A stretch of DNA of 64,000 nt from the NCBI RefSeq assembly GCF_006345805.1, contig NC_043000.1, positions 107,508,001 through 107,572,000 on the forward strand. The letters are read 5' to 3'. The stretch comes from Octopus sinensis. Lineage: Eukaryota. Positions 1-11,850 of this stretch are shown here, one piece after another (the first letter of the stretch is position 1; each line of letters begins with the position of its first letter). The position numbers and the translations under genes are program-made. The notes under the pieces are model-generated. The model ran no database searches, was not told the origin of the DNA, and saw only the letters and a program-made list of their open reading frames with translations.

Positions 1-483
1 GTGTTAAAGATTTGCTGTATGCATGTGTAGAATGCAACGGGTATATTGTAGATTACTTATGTCTGTATTTGAAGTTATATGTGCTTATGCCTCTTTATCT
101 AAATGTATATATCCAAATGTATACGCATAACTAAATGTGATTTTGTGCTTGTGTATACGAATAAAGTCTATTAAATCTACAAAAATTTATTTAAAGACAA
201 GCTGCGCCGTTATTGGAATTTTCGACGAAGGCAAACTATCAATTGATGGAAAATGTTCCTTGGTCTGTTCCTCTCATTTTGAAGGAAAACAATGCCAAAG
301 TTATCTCATTTCCTCCAACTGTCATAATCTGCATATTAGTGGTAGAGAATGTCGTCTGCTGGTCATGGATTTTCACAAACGGCCATTATTGCATGTTACA
401 ATTCTGACCATGAAACAAAACTAGATAGAAATACCTAATTATATAATACTACTCTGATATGATAGACACACACGCGCGGGCGC

Positions 484-530
<47 letters not shown>

Positions 531-817
531 AGTGATTGAAGGAAGTAAAGGTAAAGTAAAGTGTAAGTATGGAAGTAGCCGGGGGTTAATAGTTATACAA
601 CTATGACTCTGGCTATAAGGATTTTATGTGCTACAATATTATTCTATTAGGCTTTGCTGTCTAATACAAAACGCATAATAACGTCCAGCTATCACTATTG
701 AAGTCGGTGAGACTGAGAAAGTAGCTTAACCTTAACGGATTTGTTACATGTACATCAAATCATAAAATATAAACGATATTAGTAATAAAAAATGAATTGG
801 ACTACAAGTCAAAGATT

Positions 818-932
<115 letters not shown>

Positions 933-960
933 CAAGCAGAGGACACCCGGCGTTGCTCGA
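933..960 (-). mobile_element. Helitron-type 3' terminus (degenerate)
   Basis: Minus strand reads cgagcaacgccgggtgtcctctgCTTG|t, close to the intact terminus at 48640-48666 (cccgagcaacgccgggcgatactgCTAG|t). It lies downstream of the RepHel fragment at 1280-1595 on the same strand. Confidence 0.6.
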
Positions 961-1004
961 TGAAAATGGCATAGTTTGTATATAATATTTTTATTTATTT
1001 TATT

Positions 1005-1047
1005 TTATCTAGTTTCAGCTCACGAGCTGTGGCCATGCTGGGGCACC
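1005..1047 (-). mobile_element. Isolated 3' tail of the CR1-group LINE family
   Basis: Reverse complement ggtgccccagcatggccacagctcgtgagctgaaactaga matches the LINE tail at 24310-24357. Confidence 0.7.
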
Positions 1048-1279
1048 AGAGTTATGTTGAAACAGTTGATATGAGAAAGTGCAGCATTGAAAACAAAACA
1101 GTTGTGGAGTAAATGATGGGCTAATTCGACTAAACAACACTCTATGCGTCTGTGTGGAGTATTTCAGACCCTAACCTGTGAGGGTTATGTGATTTTTGAA
1201 CGCATCGGAAAACTGTCAGTGGATATACTCTCTTTTGCAGCAGTCGGCGCTGTGTCTAAAACGACCCATCATCTGAAAT

Positions 1280-1595
1280 GTTGACATCTCCTTCGGGTTT
1301 GTTGTCCTACATCAGTCATAAAGTAAATTTGGAGGAACTGAGGTTGTTCATTTGTGGGTAACAGGGAACCAACATGGTGATAGACTTGCCCTTGAACTTT
1401 GACGCCGTCGTAAATTCAGGTTTATCTATCTTCTTAGATGCACCAAACAATGTCATTTGCAGAGTTGTATTGTCTGATATTGTTCAGAAAGTCCTTTGAC
1501 TGGACGGAAATGCCTTCTAGAAGACGCATAAGAGGTTGAGAAGGAACTGGTAGTCCTGGCAACATTACCTAATCGCCTGAGCAGCACATACCATT
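1280..1595 (-). pseudogene. Helitron Rep/helicase N-terminal fragment
   Basis: Hand translation with frameshifts/stops gives GMCCSG..LPGLPVPSQPLMRLLEGISVQSKDFLNNIRQYNSA / MTLFGA / KVQGQVYHHVGSLLPTNEQPQFLQIYFM. This matches the conserved Helitron FL..IR.YNS...GQVYH..GSLLP...LQIYF block. Confidence 0.85.
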
Positions 1596-1971
1596 TGTTT
1601 CATTTGAAAATTTTAAAGCTTTACGTATAAAATTTTTACGATAGTTGATTTATGGAAAAGATTATGTTACATTTTTGAAATGCAAATATGTGAATGGAAA
1701 TTAAGTTTAATTTGTAGCCAAATAGTACTGAATCTTTTGATACCCCTTATGTCAAAATCTATAACTCGGTTTTGGAAAGCATAAAGAATATATAATATAT
1801 AGGACAGAATCTCACATTACAATACAGATGAAATACTGAAATAGTGTAAGAGATAACAGATTGCTCTGGGCTCGCATTAGGCAAGAATTTGGAAACTTTT
1901 TGGCCTATGACACTGCATGGACCTTGGCTTTTGTTTTTGACGCCTGTCGCTTTAAGTATTATATATAAATC

Positions 1972-2278
1972 ACGTGACCACATGACCGATCAGGCTATCA
2001 GATGTTGCTACATATCGCTGGTCACAATGCGCTTGTCATTGTTTTAGCCTTCAAATGACGCCATCTCGCTGGCTAAACGAGCAGGCCAACAGAAGAAAGA
2101 GTGAGAGAAAGTTGCGGCGAAAGAGTACAGCAGAGATCGCCACCACCCCATGCCGGAGCATCGTGGAGCTTTAGGTGTTTTCGCTCAATAAACACTCACA
2201 ACGCCCGGTCTGGGAATCGAAACCGCGATCCTACGACCGCGAGTCCGCTGCCCTAACCACTGGGCCATGCGCCTCCAC
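1972..2278 (-). mobile_element. tRNA-derived SINE, family A
   Basis: Head ggaggcgcatggcccagtggtt (A box) ... gtttcgattccc (B box). High similarity over about 300 bp to 15158-15466. Confidence 0.9.
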
Positions 2279-2579
2279 TATTATATATATATATATAAGC
2301 CAATGAGGAAACCTCTACATGGTAGCTAAACCTGGTAGAAATAACAGTCAAATGTCTCTCAAAATACGCTACTGTCTTAATCCGACAATTCTACCTATTA
2401 TGTAGTTTTAATGAGAAACTGTAACTAAAGATTAAGATTATTAACCCCACAAAGAGAGGAAAGAAGAGAGACTGCATAGCGACGGTTTTGGCTGACTGTC
2501 ATCCTATACTCTCCTTGTTGCTAGCGAAATGGTATGTGCCGACTGTCTGAGCAACTGGTTGTTTTAATGGCGGAACAAA

Positions 2580-2765
2580 CAGGACATAAAGATTGCAAAA
2601 ATAGCGATTCTCATTTTGAAACTGACAATTCTGAAAATCTTTTAGATTACGGAACGCTCTCTCATGTATCCATGTTTAAAATTTCAGCGCCATCGGATGA
2701 ATAATACTCGAGTTATAAGCGCACAAACACACAGATAGACAGAACGGATTTCATATATATTAAGA
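2580..2765 (-). mobile_element. Non-autonomous Helitron-like element, 5' portion
   Basis: Minus strand starts a|TCttaatatatatgaaatccgttctgtctatctgtgtgtttg, the typical TC + AT-rich + (TCTG)-like start of short Helitrons. Confidence 0.6.
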
Positions 2766-2769
2766 TATA

Positions 2770-2830
2770 CTAGGTGGTGTATCCGGTAATTCCCGGGGGC
2801 AGAGATGTTCTATTGAAACGTCTTATTGCT
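2770..2830 (-). mobile_element. Helitron-type 3' terminus
   Basis: Hairpin ccgg(2783-2786)/ccgg(2793-2796), then 9 nt and CTAG (2770-2773) followed by T on the minus strand. Confidence 0.65.
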
Positions 2831-3244
2831 CTGATATAAGAAAGCAATTTCGTTATAATTGTCACAATAGGCGTATCTTCCGTCACGAAAAATTACAAAA
2901 AGCTATCAGCTGGAGGAGGGAGAGATTTTTGGAGGTTAGCAAGAGAGATTTTCGGAGGTTGGCGTGAAAGATTGTCGGAGGTTGGTGAGAGAGGTGCAAA
3001 GGCATTATTCTGCTTAGCGAAGGCATTTGGGAAATGTAATACTGCTGTCATTCACGAAAAAACTATTATTTAACCGCAAGAAAAGCGCCGTTGAAGTGTT
3101 AAATGAAATTTGGTAATCAAGGATCGAATCCACGCTACGTTGTGGAATATAAAAGTTATCTGTCATGGAAAACGTATAACTAAAAATGCAGAATTATTGG
3201 AGTAATGGGTATTCGAAAAAGTATTGTTGTAAAGAATGGTGTTG

Positions 3245-4190
3245 TAAAGAATGACTGGTAAAGTGGAAATGGCGCGAGACCGGGGTGTCGTTGCCGAGTC
3301 TGATGTCTCAGAGGTGTTCCGCAAACCGGTGAACCAAGCGGTGTCCCGTTTGACCGATGTATAGAGAAGGACAGAGAGAGCAGGAGATGCAGTAGATGAC
3401 ATTGCTAGAAATGCAGGTGGAGTCAGTGATATGATAGGGTCGATAAGGGGTGCCTGTGAGGAAGGTGGTGTTGGAGAGGTAAGGGCAAGTGCGGGCGGGA
3501 GCAGGGGAACGTTCCGGGTTGGGAGGTTGGGTTAGGGAAGAAGCTGTGGACCAAGAGGTCTTGTAGGTTGTGGGCTTATTTGAAGGAGGGGAGGGGCGGT
3601 TACGGAAGATGTGCGAAGTGAAGTGGTCGAACTGGAGTCGCCGGAAGGCTCGGAGAATGGTGCGATGGAGAAGTAGGGTGGTGGGGTGGTAGGTTAGGGG
3701 AAACGGGACACGGGAGACGGCGGGGCGGGTGCGGGTGAGAGAGCAGATGCACGGTCCATGGAAGTGCCCTGGCAAGGGCGGTGTGGATAGTGGTGAGGGG
3801 ATATCCACGTACGATGAAGTAGCGAGTTATGAGTTGAGACTGAGTCTCAAAGTCATGGTTGTCACTACAGAGCCTGCGCAAACGTAGGAATTGGAAATAG
3901 GGGATGGAGAGCTTGGTGTGCTTAGGGTGGGAGGAGGAGAAGTTGAGGTATGAGTGTGAATCTGTGTGTTTGTAGTGCATGGAGGTGGTGAGAGTGGAGC
4001 GACGAATGCTGACCAAAATGTCGAGAAAGGCGACTGAAGTGTAGGAAATAATGCAGGAGAAGGGGAGGGCAGGATGGAAAGATTTGACAAAAGAACCGAA
4101 GGAGTCTAGATGTTCGCGGGAGTGTGAATTCGCACCGATACAGTCGTCAATATAACGACCGTATAGTTCGGGAGTGGACCACTGTAGTTC
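3245..4190 (-). mobile_element. Penelope-like element fragment (RT C-terminus plus GIY-YIG endonuclease), frameshifted and truncated at both ends
   Basis: LYGRYIDDCIG near 4135-4170; HYKHTDSHSYLNFSSSHP..SIPYFQFLRLRRLCS; TCPY...CISSNVIYCISCSLCPSLYIGQTGHRLVHRFAEHL*DIRLGNDTPVSRHF. Confidence 0.92.
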
Positions 4191-4414
4191 TTATTTAATA
4201 AAATTTAACGTTTCTATTAGTTACTGGTAATTTAATATTATAGCTTGTAGTGGTGATATATTAATGAGTATGTAGTGTTTTATTATTAACTTTTGAATGA
4301 TGAAATAATGTATTTCACTCATAATTATTATATTACTAGTTAAATTAAATTCAATCGTGTTTGTTTTGTATTGGAGAGATTTATATAAAGGTTTAAATTT
4401 TATTATGGTAGTAG

Positions 4415-4770
4415 CTATGGAAGACTGGTGGGATTATTATTTGTATGGACTTAAAGACTGGTCGCGACTGAGCATATAAGTAGGCTATTGCAGGTTTACT
4501 ATTAATACCGATACGATGTACATTGGTTTATGTGTTTCTTTGGTGTAGCTTTATTAAAGTTAGAGTTTAATCCTGTCTATAAATTGATTGATTGAATTAA
4601 TGTTGTTATTAAGCTTTTACTTTTATATTATACTATGGAAGACGGTAGGGATTATAAATTTTGTATGACTTAATGGATTGGTCGCTGTTTAGTTACTTAT
4701 TTAGGGGTTGGATGTAATATTCTTAATGAATTTATTTACCGATACGGTTGTACATAGGGTAAGTGTGTTT
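4415..4770. repeat. Diverged two-copy repeat, period 218 bp, in an AT-rich G/T-skewed block
   Basis: ctatggaagac..ggatta..ttgtat..gactt..ggtcgc...ccgatacg.tgtaca..ggt...gtgttt occurs from 4415 and again from 4633. Confidence 0.7.
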
Positions 4771-4981
4771 AAAAGTTGTGGTTTCTTTGGTTTGTTTGTT
4801 CCCAAACAACACTTATTTTAGTGCTATTTACACCACCAGAATGAATAGTACTGCCAAGGTTTCGAAACCATAATGATATTCGTGGGCCAGCTGATGATGG
4901 AGGCATGTTGGATTGTTGGTATGGCTGTTTTTTTGTAATATGTGGAATAGTATTATAACACATCTTTATGATATATATATA

Positions 4982-5028
<47 letters not shown>

Positions 5029-5218
5029 CAGACAGACACACCACATACTCACGTATATATATATAGTCGTAGCCAAAAGGTTTGGGTCAACTAAAAATTG
5101 TTATGTCGAAGTACAATTCGATTTCAATATATACATCGTATATATCTGGGTATTCAATATAAAAATTCTAATTTTCAGACAAATCCCAATCTTCTTAACT
5201 TTTGGCCACGACTGTATT

Positions 5219-5295
<77 letters not shown>

Positions 5296-5520
5296 TATTT
5301 TAATCAATATAGGGTGGCAAAAAATTTTGTAGAATTTTTTTGCCACCAGCGGCCTAGTGGGAAAAAATTAAATAGTCATAGACCATTTTTAAGTTGAACA
5401 TCAACAATCAAGGAACGGCCATAATAGGCCATTCACCCACTAGAAATAACAGCCAAAGCTTCACCGCAAATAAAAGTCAATTCCGTAAACAGGAGAAAAT
5501 TTAAAAACATTTACCCTGTA

Positions 5521-5624
5521 ATTTCTTATACGATGCACCGTTTCATCTGCTGTTTAATGTAAACAACCTGATTAATTAAATCAAGCCAATCTTCCATATG
5601 CCCTCAGATTCTTCAGTAAGAAAT
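5521..5624 (-). ncRNA. Type I hammerhead ribozyme, intact core, GUA cleavage (between 5529 and 5528)
   Basis: Minus strand: atttctta-CTGAAGA-atctg...cagat-GAAA-C-ggtgcatc-GTA-taagaaat. 8-bp stem I, 5-bp stem II, near-palindromic stem III. Confidence 0.88.
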
Positions 5625-6011
5625 AGCCACAAGTCGGAACAGATATTTTCACGAGGCATTTCCAACCCTGCCAGGTAATATCTGACCTAAAATTTTCAAA
5701 TCATCGCACTCGCGCCAAATTTATCGGCAGCACAAATAAATATAAGCCGTCGATTCCATTACGGATTTAACCAGAAAATACATAATTAATCAATATAGGG
5801 TGGCAAAAAAAAATTTTGTAGAATTTTTTTGCCACCAGCGGCCTAGTGGGAAAAAATTTAAATATCATAGACCATTTTTAGTTCAAACATCAACAATCAA
5901 GGAACGGCCATAATAGGCCATTCACCCACTAGAAATAACAGCCAAAGCTTCAACCGCAAATAAAAGTCAATTCCGTAAACAGGAGAAAATTTAAAAACAT
6001 TTACCCTGTAT

Positions 6012-6119
6012 TTTCTTATACGATGCACCGTTTCATCTCTGCTGTTTAATGTTAAACTAACCTGATTAAATTAAATCAAGCCAATCTTCCATAGGCCCTC
6101 AGATTCTTCAGTAAGAAAT
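6012..6119 (-). ncRNA. Type I hammerhead ribozyme, second tandem copy (cleavage between 6019 and 6018)
   Basis: Same core as 5521-5624, with a 2-nt insertion in the 3' strand of stem II (atctctg on + at 6035-6041). Confidence 0.82.
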
Positions 6120-6186
6120 AGCCAAAGTCGGAACAGATATTTTCACGAGGCATTTCCAATGAAAATATCTGTTCCGACTTGTGGCT

Positions 6187-6293
6187 ATTTCTTACTGAAG
6201 AATCTGAGGGCCTATGGAAGATTGGCTTGATTTAATTTAATCAGGTTAGTTTACCATTAAACAGCAGATGAAACGGTGCATCGTATAAGAAAT
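6187..6293 (+). ncRNA. Type I hammerhead ribozyme in the inverted arm (cleavage after A6285)
   Basis: atttctta CTGAAGA(6195-6201) atctg ... cagat GAAA(6270-6273) C ggtgcatc GTA taagaaat. Confidence 0.88.
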
Positions 6294-6411
6294 TACAGGG
6301 TAAATGTTTTTTAAATTTTCTCCTGTTTACGGAATTGACTTTTATTTGCGGTTGAAGCTTTGGCTGTTATTTCTAGTGGTGAATGGCCTATTATGGCCGT
6401 TCCTTGATTGT

Positions 6412-6453
<42 letters not shown>

Positions 6454-6476
6454 TATAATATATATATATATCTATA

Positions 6477-6531
<55 letters not shown>

Positions 6532-6544
6532 TAATAGGGAGTAT

Positions 6545-6770
6545 ATTGCATCAAACATACATAAATTTAAATTCAATTGCAATTTGAATTTAATTATGCC
6601 AAGAAACGTAAGTAGTCTTTTACTTATCATATATTGTTTATTCATTTTTGTACTTTTTGTGATCTAGTTATATGTTTTAAAATATATTTTATTTTTTATT
6701 TATGATTTGGTTTATGCCTATCATTGTTTGAATTACAAAATAGTGGTTGTTCTCTAATTTATATATATTA
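6545..6770 (+). mobile_element. PLE pseudo-LTR-like fragment with the 3' half of an HHR
   Basis: gccaaGAAACgtaaGTAgtc followed by about 170 bp homologous to the minus strand of 54960-55150. Confidence 0.55.
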
Positions 6771-6779
6771 TATAATATA

Positions 6780-6814
<35 letters not shown>

Positions 6815-7161
6815 ATATGTATACATTATTATTCAAGTCAATTATTTTATCACTTTTAAGTTTCGGGAGATATTCCATCGAACGGGTGCATACGTATCGC
6901 AGTTTGCAGTTCAGTGCGCAAGCGTGTTAAATTTGTGGGTGGATTTTCACTGCATAATTCTAATCATCTTTACATTGAGCGCTAACTTATTACATAAAGG
7001 CAGCCATATTGAAAAGAATCTACGCTATACAGCGTAACGAACTGCTCTTTATAATTGGGTATTTGCGCAAATGTACAACATCTTAGAGGCTAAAAGCATA
7101 AGTTTGATTCAATAATGCAACGCTAATGATTGAATCGCGATTCACATTGCCATCAACATAC

Positions 7162-7237
<76 letters not shown>

Positions 7238-7313
7238 TGTATTATGTGTGTGTTGTGTGTGTTATGTATCTATATATATAAACATATACGTATAATATAT
7301 ATATATGCATGTA

Positions 7314-7369
<56 letters not shown>

Positions 7370-7796
7370 CAATAAATGCGCATATGAAATATGTGTATGC
7401 ATTTATGCATATATATATATATATATGCATACATGCATATATATATATTTTTTTTTATACGTATATGTATATATATATAGATACATACATACACACACAC
7501 ACATATATATATACACACATACAATATAAATGCATTTATATATATATATTTATACGTATATGTATATATAGATACATACATACACACACGCACACACATA
7601 TATATACACACATACAATACATACGCACTGACTCATTGACACACACGTACGCACACGCACATACACACACATATATAACGTCTTACTATGAAGAAGTACT
7701 ATTGTTGAATATCATTTTATACAATAGGTTTATTTAGAAGTCTGGTGTTTCCTTCGTATTTCATCTATCGCATTCATAAACCCTGGTTGCTCACGT

Positions 7797-7844
<48 letters not shown>

Positions 7845-8011
7845 ACAATTACACATATATGGACAGTCATTAAAACACTCACACACATATACACACGCTT
7901 ATATTCAATTTTACAGAACAGTTCATGCACAAATGTTCACCGAGCACCTACACATACACCGTAGCATCCTGCATCAAAGGCACATGCACATAAATGTTAA
8001 CACCTGTATGC

Positions 8012-8050
<39 letters not shown>

Positions 8051-8659
8051 CAAAATGTATATAAATTCACATACATAAATGCGCATATGAATTACATATA
8101 TGCTTTTATGCCTAATTTTATATTGTAGGCGGTAGGCTTAATAGAACTCACGGTTTAACACCACTTCATGTCTTTTTAATGAATCACATAGGCGAAAGAG
8201 TTACAGTTTGAAGATAACGAACTCTCTGATGTGCTGCTTTCGATAACGCATTTCTTAGGTAAATGTCATGTCGCCAATTTCAGAAGATATCAGTGGAACG
8301 TACGTGGCCAAGCGGTTAAGCTGTTTGACTCACGACTGCTTGAATGTAGCTTTTTTTCTTCTAGGCCAGGAATCACTTTGAGTCTTTGAGCAATGCACCT
8401 CATTTACGCCTGCTCGCAAAATGGTACCTCGCAGAACATTAACTCCAAATCGCCATGCAAAATCTGAACAGCTCTTGATGTTAAAGATACACTTAAGGGA
8501 AGATGACTTACTGAGTAAAGTTATCCAATTCAGGGCCGTTACACAATTACACAAGAGCCAGCCGAAAGCACTTTCTTGCATCTATGAAACTTTCTCTATT
8601 AGGTGATGCAAAATCTATATCCTCTTTGACGCTAATTCATGTATGGTTCCCTTAATAAT

Positions 8660-8860
8660 TCTTTCTAATTTTGGCACAAGCCCAGCAATTTTGAGGTGAC
8701 GGGGTAAGTCTACTACACCGATCTCTGTATTTGATTGGTAATTTACTGTACTTTATTTTATCGACCCCAAAAATATGAAAGGCAAAGTTGACCGCGGTGG
8801 CATTGGAATCCAGAGTGCACGGAGCCAGAAGAAACAATACTGTGTTAAATTTGAGCATTA
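8660..8860 (-). mobile_element. tRNA-derived SINE, family D (decayed)
   Basis: Matches 16510-16722 and 40059-40277 (aaggcaaagttgacc, atcgacccc, ttggcacaag). Confidence 0.75.
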
Positions 8861-9679
8861 CCTAACATCTTTGGTACCTTTCCAGTCAGGTGATGTGAAA
8901 CCCTGTATTCTCATTTATTTCTGTTTATTGTTACCTGAATAATTAAACGCAATATTATGAGCAGTCCATGCAGTTAAGCAATGGTAACTGGGAGAGGCAT
9001 CAACTTGTAATGTCATAACATTCAATAACAACCTATAATCTTTGACTGGCTTCCTGTTCTCGCAACCAATTACCAAACTGATTTATCATGTAATCTCAAA
9101 GGCTAACAGAATTGCCAAGATAACTTCTCTAGTTAATTCTCTCTTCGCCATATAATAATAACCGTGGCATTTGATCAAACATTAGGCTTACCACATTTTA
9201 TTACTTGTTTGCTCAATCTGTTTTGACAAATAACTAAACGGAAACAGCAACAAAAGTAAAAAATAAACAAAAAATAACAACAACAACAAGAACAGCAACA
9301 GCCACGAAAGCCACACAACTTCTTCCTCTTTCATACAATTCCTACCCACCCCATACCTCTATATTCGACATATCTTTGCCGTATGGGCCACACCCTACAG
9401 TACGATTTCCTTCCGACAAGGGTTGCGCTTAGGTACAATCCAACTTCACTATTTTCAACTAAATATTCAGACCAATGATTCCCTCTTGCTTTTGCTTAAA
9501 GTATCTTGTCCTTGTCTTTCGTACTTCTGCTGCCGTCTTTATAATTATCTGAAAGTTATTTGAATACCCATTGTGCTGCATTGAAGGTTTCCATCCCAAC
9601 TTTTCTCTCTGAAGTCATCATCTTAGGTCACTTTTATGCACATCATTTCTTGAGGTTTTTGAATGCTAGTCACTGATAT

Positions 9680-9838
9680 GGAGACGTATGGCTTAGTGGT
9701 TAAGGTATTGCACTCATGATCGTAAGATTATGGTTTCGATTCCTGGACAGGGCGAAGCATTCTGTTCTTGAGCAAAACCTTTCATTTCATGCGGCTCTAG
9801 TCCATTCAGCTATCCAAAGAAAATAAAATGAGTAATAT
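9680..9838 (+). mobile_element. tRNA-derived SINE, family B (5' part)
   Basis: A box tggcttagtggt, B box gtttcgattcc, central tgttcttgagcaaaac (CORE-like motif). Confidence 0.8.
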
Positions 9839-10245
9839 GATGAAGTCGTGTCAAGCCTGGCAAGCCGGCAATTGGATGGTACACCTGTCTAATTAAACAA
9901 ACCTCTGAACTGACAGGCCGTAGGCCTACTTTGTGTTGGAAGTTACCATTTTTGTTACTGCCAGTCATGCTACCAGTGAGTGGTGTATATTTTGCTACAC
10001 TGAACTGTATGAACTAACCTACCCCGATTCTCCTAATTGACACATCGACTTTCGACACATTCTTGATTTCTTTCTAATTTCCACTTACAGCCTTTACATA
10101 AATAACAGCCTTTCCATGCCATCGGATTATTTCATTGTTTAAATAAGGCAATACATCTTGCATCTTCCTACCATACCTACGAGTTCTGGCGAACTCCTCT
10201 TTAGTTATACATTACATGAGCAAAAGTGCCGTCGTAGTGATAAAA

Positions 10246-10490
10246 ATAAAAATAAATAAATGCGCCCTTTTAAAGCTCATGGGCCCGGTTTCTATAGCAT
10301 ATGTGTTCCCCAGCTGGACGGGACGCCAGTCCATCGCAGCGTTACTCATTTTTGCCAGCTGAATGGACTGGAGCAACGTAAAATGAAGTGTTTTGCTCAA
10401 GAACACAACGTGTCGCCCGTTGCAGGAGTCGAAACCACAATCTTACGATCATGATGCTGACACCCTAACCACTAAGCCACGGGCCTCCAC
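10246..10490 (-). mobile_element. tRNA-derived SINE, family B
   Basis: Reverse complement gtggaggcccgtggcttagtggtt...gtttcgactcc...tgttcttgagcaaaacacttc...gcgatggactggcgtcccgtccag. Confidence 0.88.
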
Positions 10491-11687
10491 TGTAGTGATA
10501 AAGAAATAACTAAATAAATATTCATTTATTAGTATAAGGAAATGGAAGTGTTTCTAGATTAAATCGCTATCTGGTCGGATCTGTGCTTGTTCTACACTAA
10601 TCACTGGCTATGCTTGGTAGTAAATATATTTCACCGCTGCACCATCGAAAAATTAAGTGTATGACCAGTATTATGAACTGAGCTATATATTACTTTACAT
10701 CCCTTATACCACTAAATAACTATGGTATTTAAACCATTGAGTGGAATTGCATAACTCTCTATAACAAACACCTGGAAAAAGTGACCTAGAATCATGAATT
10801 GAATGTACTTTTGAATTCAGCCAAGCCACATAATTGGAAATAGTATATATTAATTCCACCTCTCCGGTGTCCACTTTAACTGACTTGTGACTTAAACAAT
10901 TAAAAAAAAAAATTAATGTCAGAACAGGAAAAATACAACCAACTCCATATTGTATCTCATTTCAAATATCGCTCCAGAAATATGTAGATATTATCGTGTT
11001 CAAATAAAACTTCTGATTAATATCAATTTGTGATGCAACTTCATTTCTCTCATTCATTGAACGAAACACTCGACTACAATGAAAGCGCTTCATGAAAATG
11101 TTCTCCTATCAACATCTGACAGATCCGGCCACAGAGTAAACAAATCTCAAACTAAATTGCAATTTTCAAGTGATTAAACTAATGAACATGTTGAATTTAC
11201 ACTTATAATCTTTCTACGGCCTGTCTGCTGTTAAGTAGCATTTAGAAGGTACGTGATTTTATCACACGAAGAAATCGTATGAATGTTCTTATTCATGTTA
11301 TCATTCGTTCAACAACTGCTATAGTTATGTGTTCGCATTCAGGTATTTCTTTTTATTTTGTTGATCATTTATTACATTAATCGATATTGTTTAATAATAA
11401 ATATTAATTTGAACATCTGACAGATATTTGTTTGATTATATCTCTTGAATCAGTTTATTCGATAAGATCAAAAAAAGATTCAGAAATGCTTAAGTTTCAA
11501 GTAATTACATCGCAGTCATTAATGAAGACGATAACTCAAGTCTAACCGAGATTGAGGCAGAATTTCGAATCCTGGTTGAAACCAATTCACATCGCTTACG
11601 CTCACCGAAGAGCTTAAACGTTACAAATTTGTTTTATAGCTCCTATACGTCTGAATTCCAATTTGCAAACAGATTCGCTACAGAACT

Positions 11688-11850
11688 GGGCAAAAATGCT
11701 TACTGATATTTCTTCTGTCACTTTATGTTTAGTGTTCAAATACTGTCTCCTAAAATAAGTGCCAGTTGAACTCTGAAGGTCGATGTAATCGACGAGCCCT
11801 CTATCTCGAAATTCCAGGCGTTGTGCCTATACCAGAAAGGATCATTTAGC
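11688..11850 (+). mobile_element. SINE family D, decayed
   Basis: gcaaaaatgctta...gttcaaat...gtcgatgtaatcgac...gtgcctataccagaa. Confidence 0.6.

Larger units (their letters stand above)
5301..6415 (-). mobile_element. ORF-less HHR-bearing element: about 1.8 tandem copies of a 486-bp unit plus a 256-bp inverted copy, inserted in (TA)n
   Basis: Unit starts at 5301 and 5787. Arms 5889-6145 and 6160-6415 are reverse complements around a 14-nt spacer. Both flanks are (TA)n. Confidence 0.85.

Noticed and set aside
137-424. ORFs 137-424 and 213-407 as a host exon
   Set aside because: No recognisable motif or convincing splice sites; minus-strand frames are closed.
1972-2278. tRNA-like heads here and at other SINE starts as tRNA genes
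   Set aside because: A and B boxes are present but there is no acceptor-stem closure, and each continues into a repeated SINE body.
4190-4965. Mitochondrial control-region NUMT
   Set aside because: Only base skew and an internal duplication suggest it; no mt tRNA or gene sequence was recognised, so it is left as unexplained.
8352-8606. Good-looking splice acceptor (ttttttcttctag) followed by non-repetitive sequence
   Set aside because: All three frames hit stops within about 80 nt and no matching donor or homology was seen.
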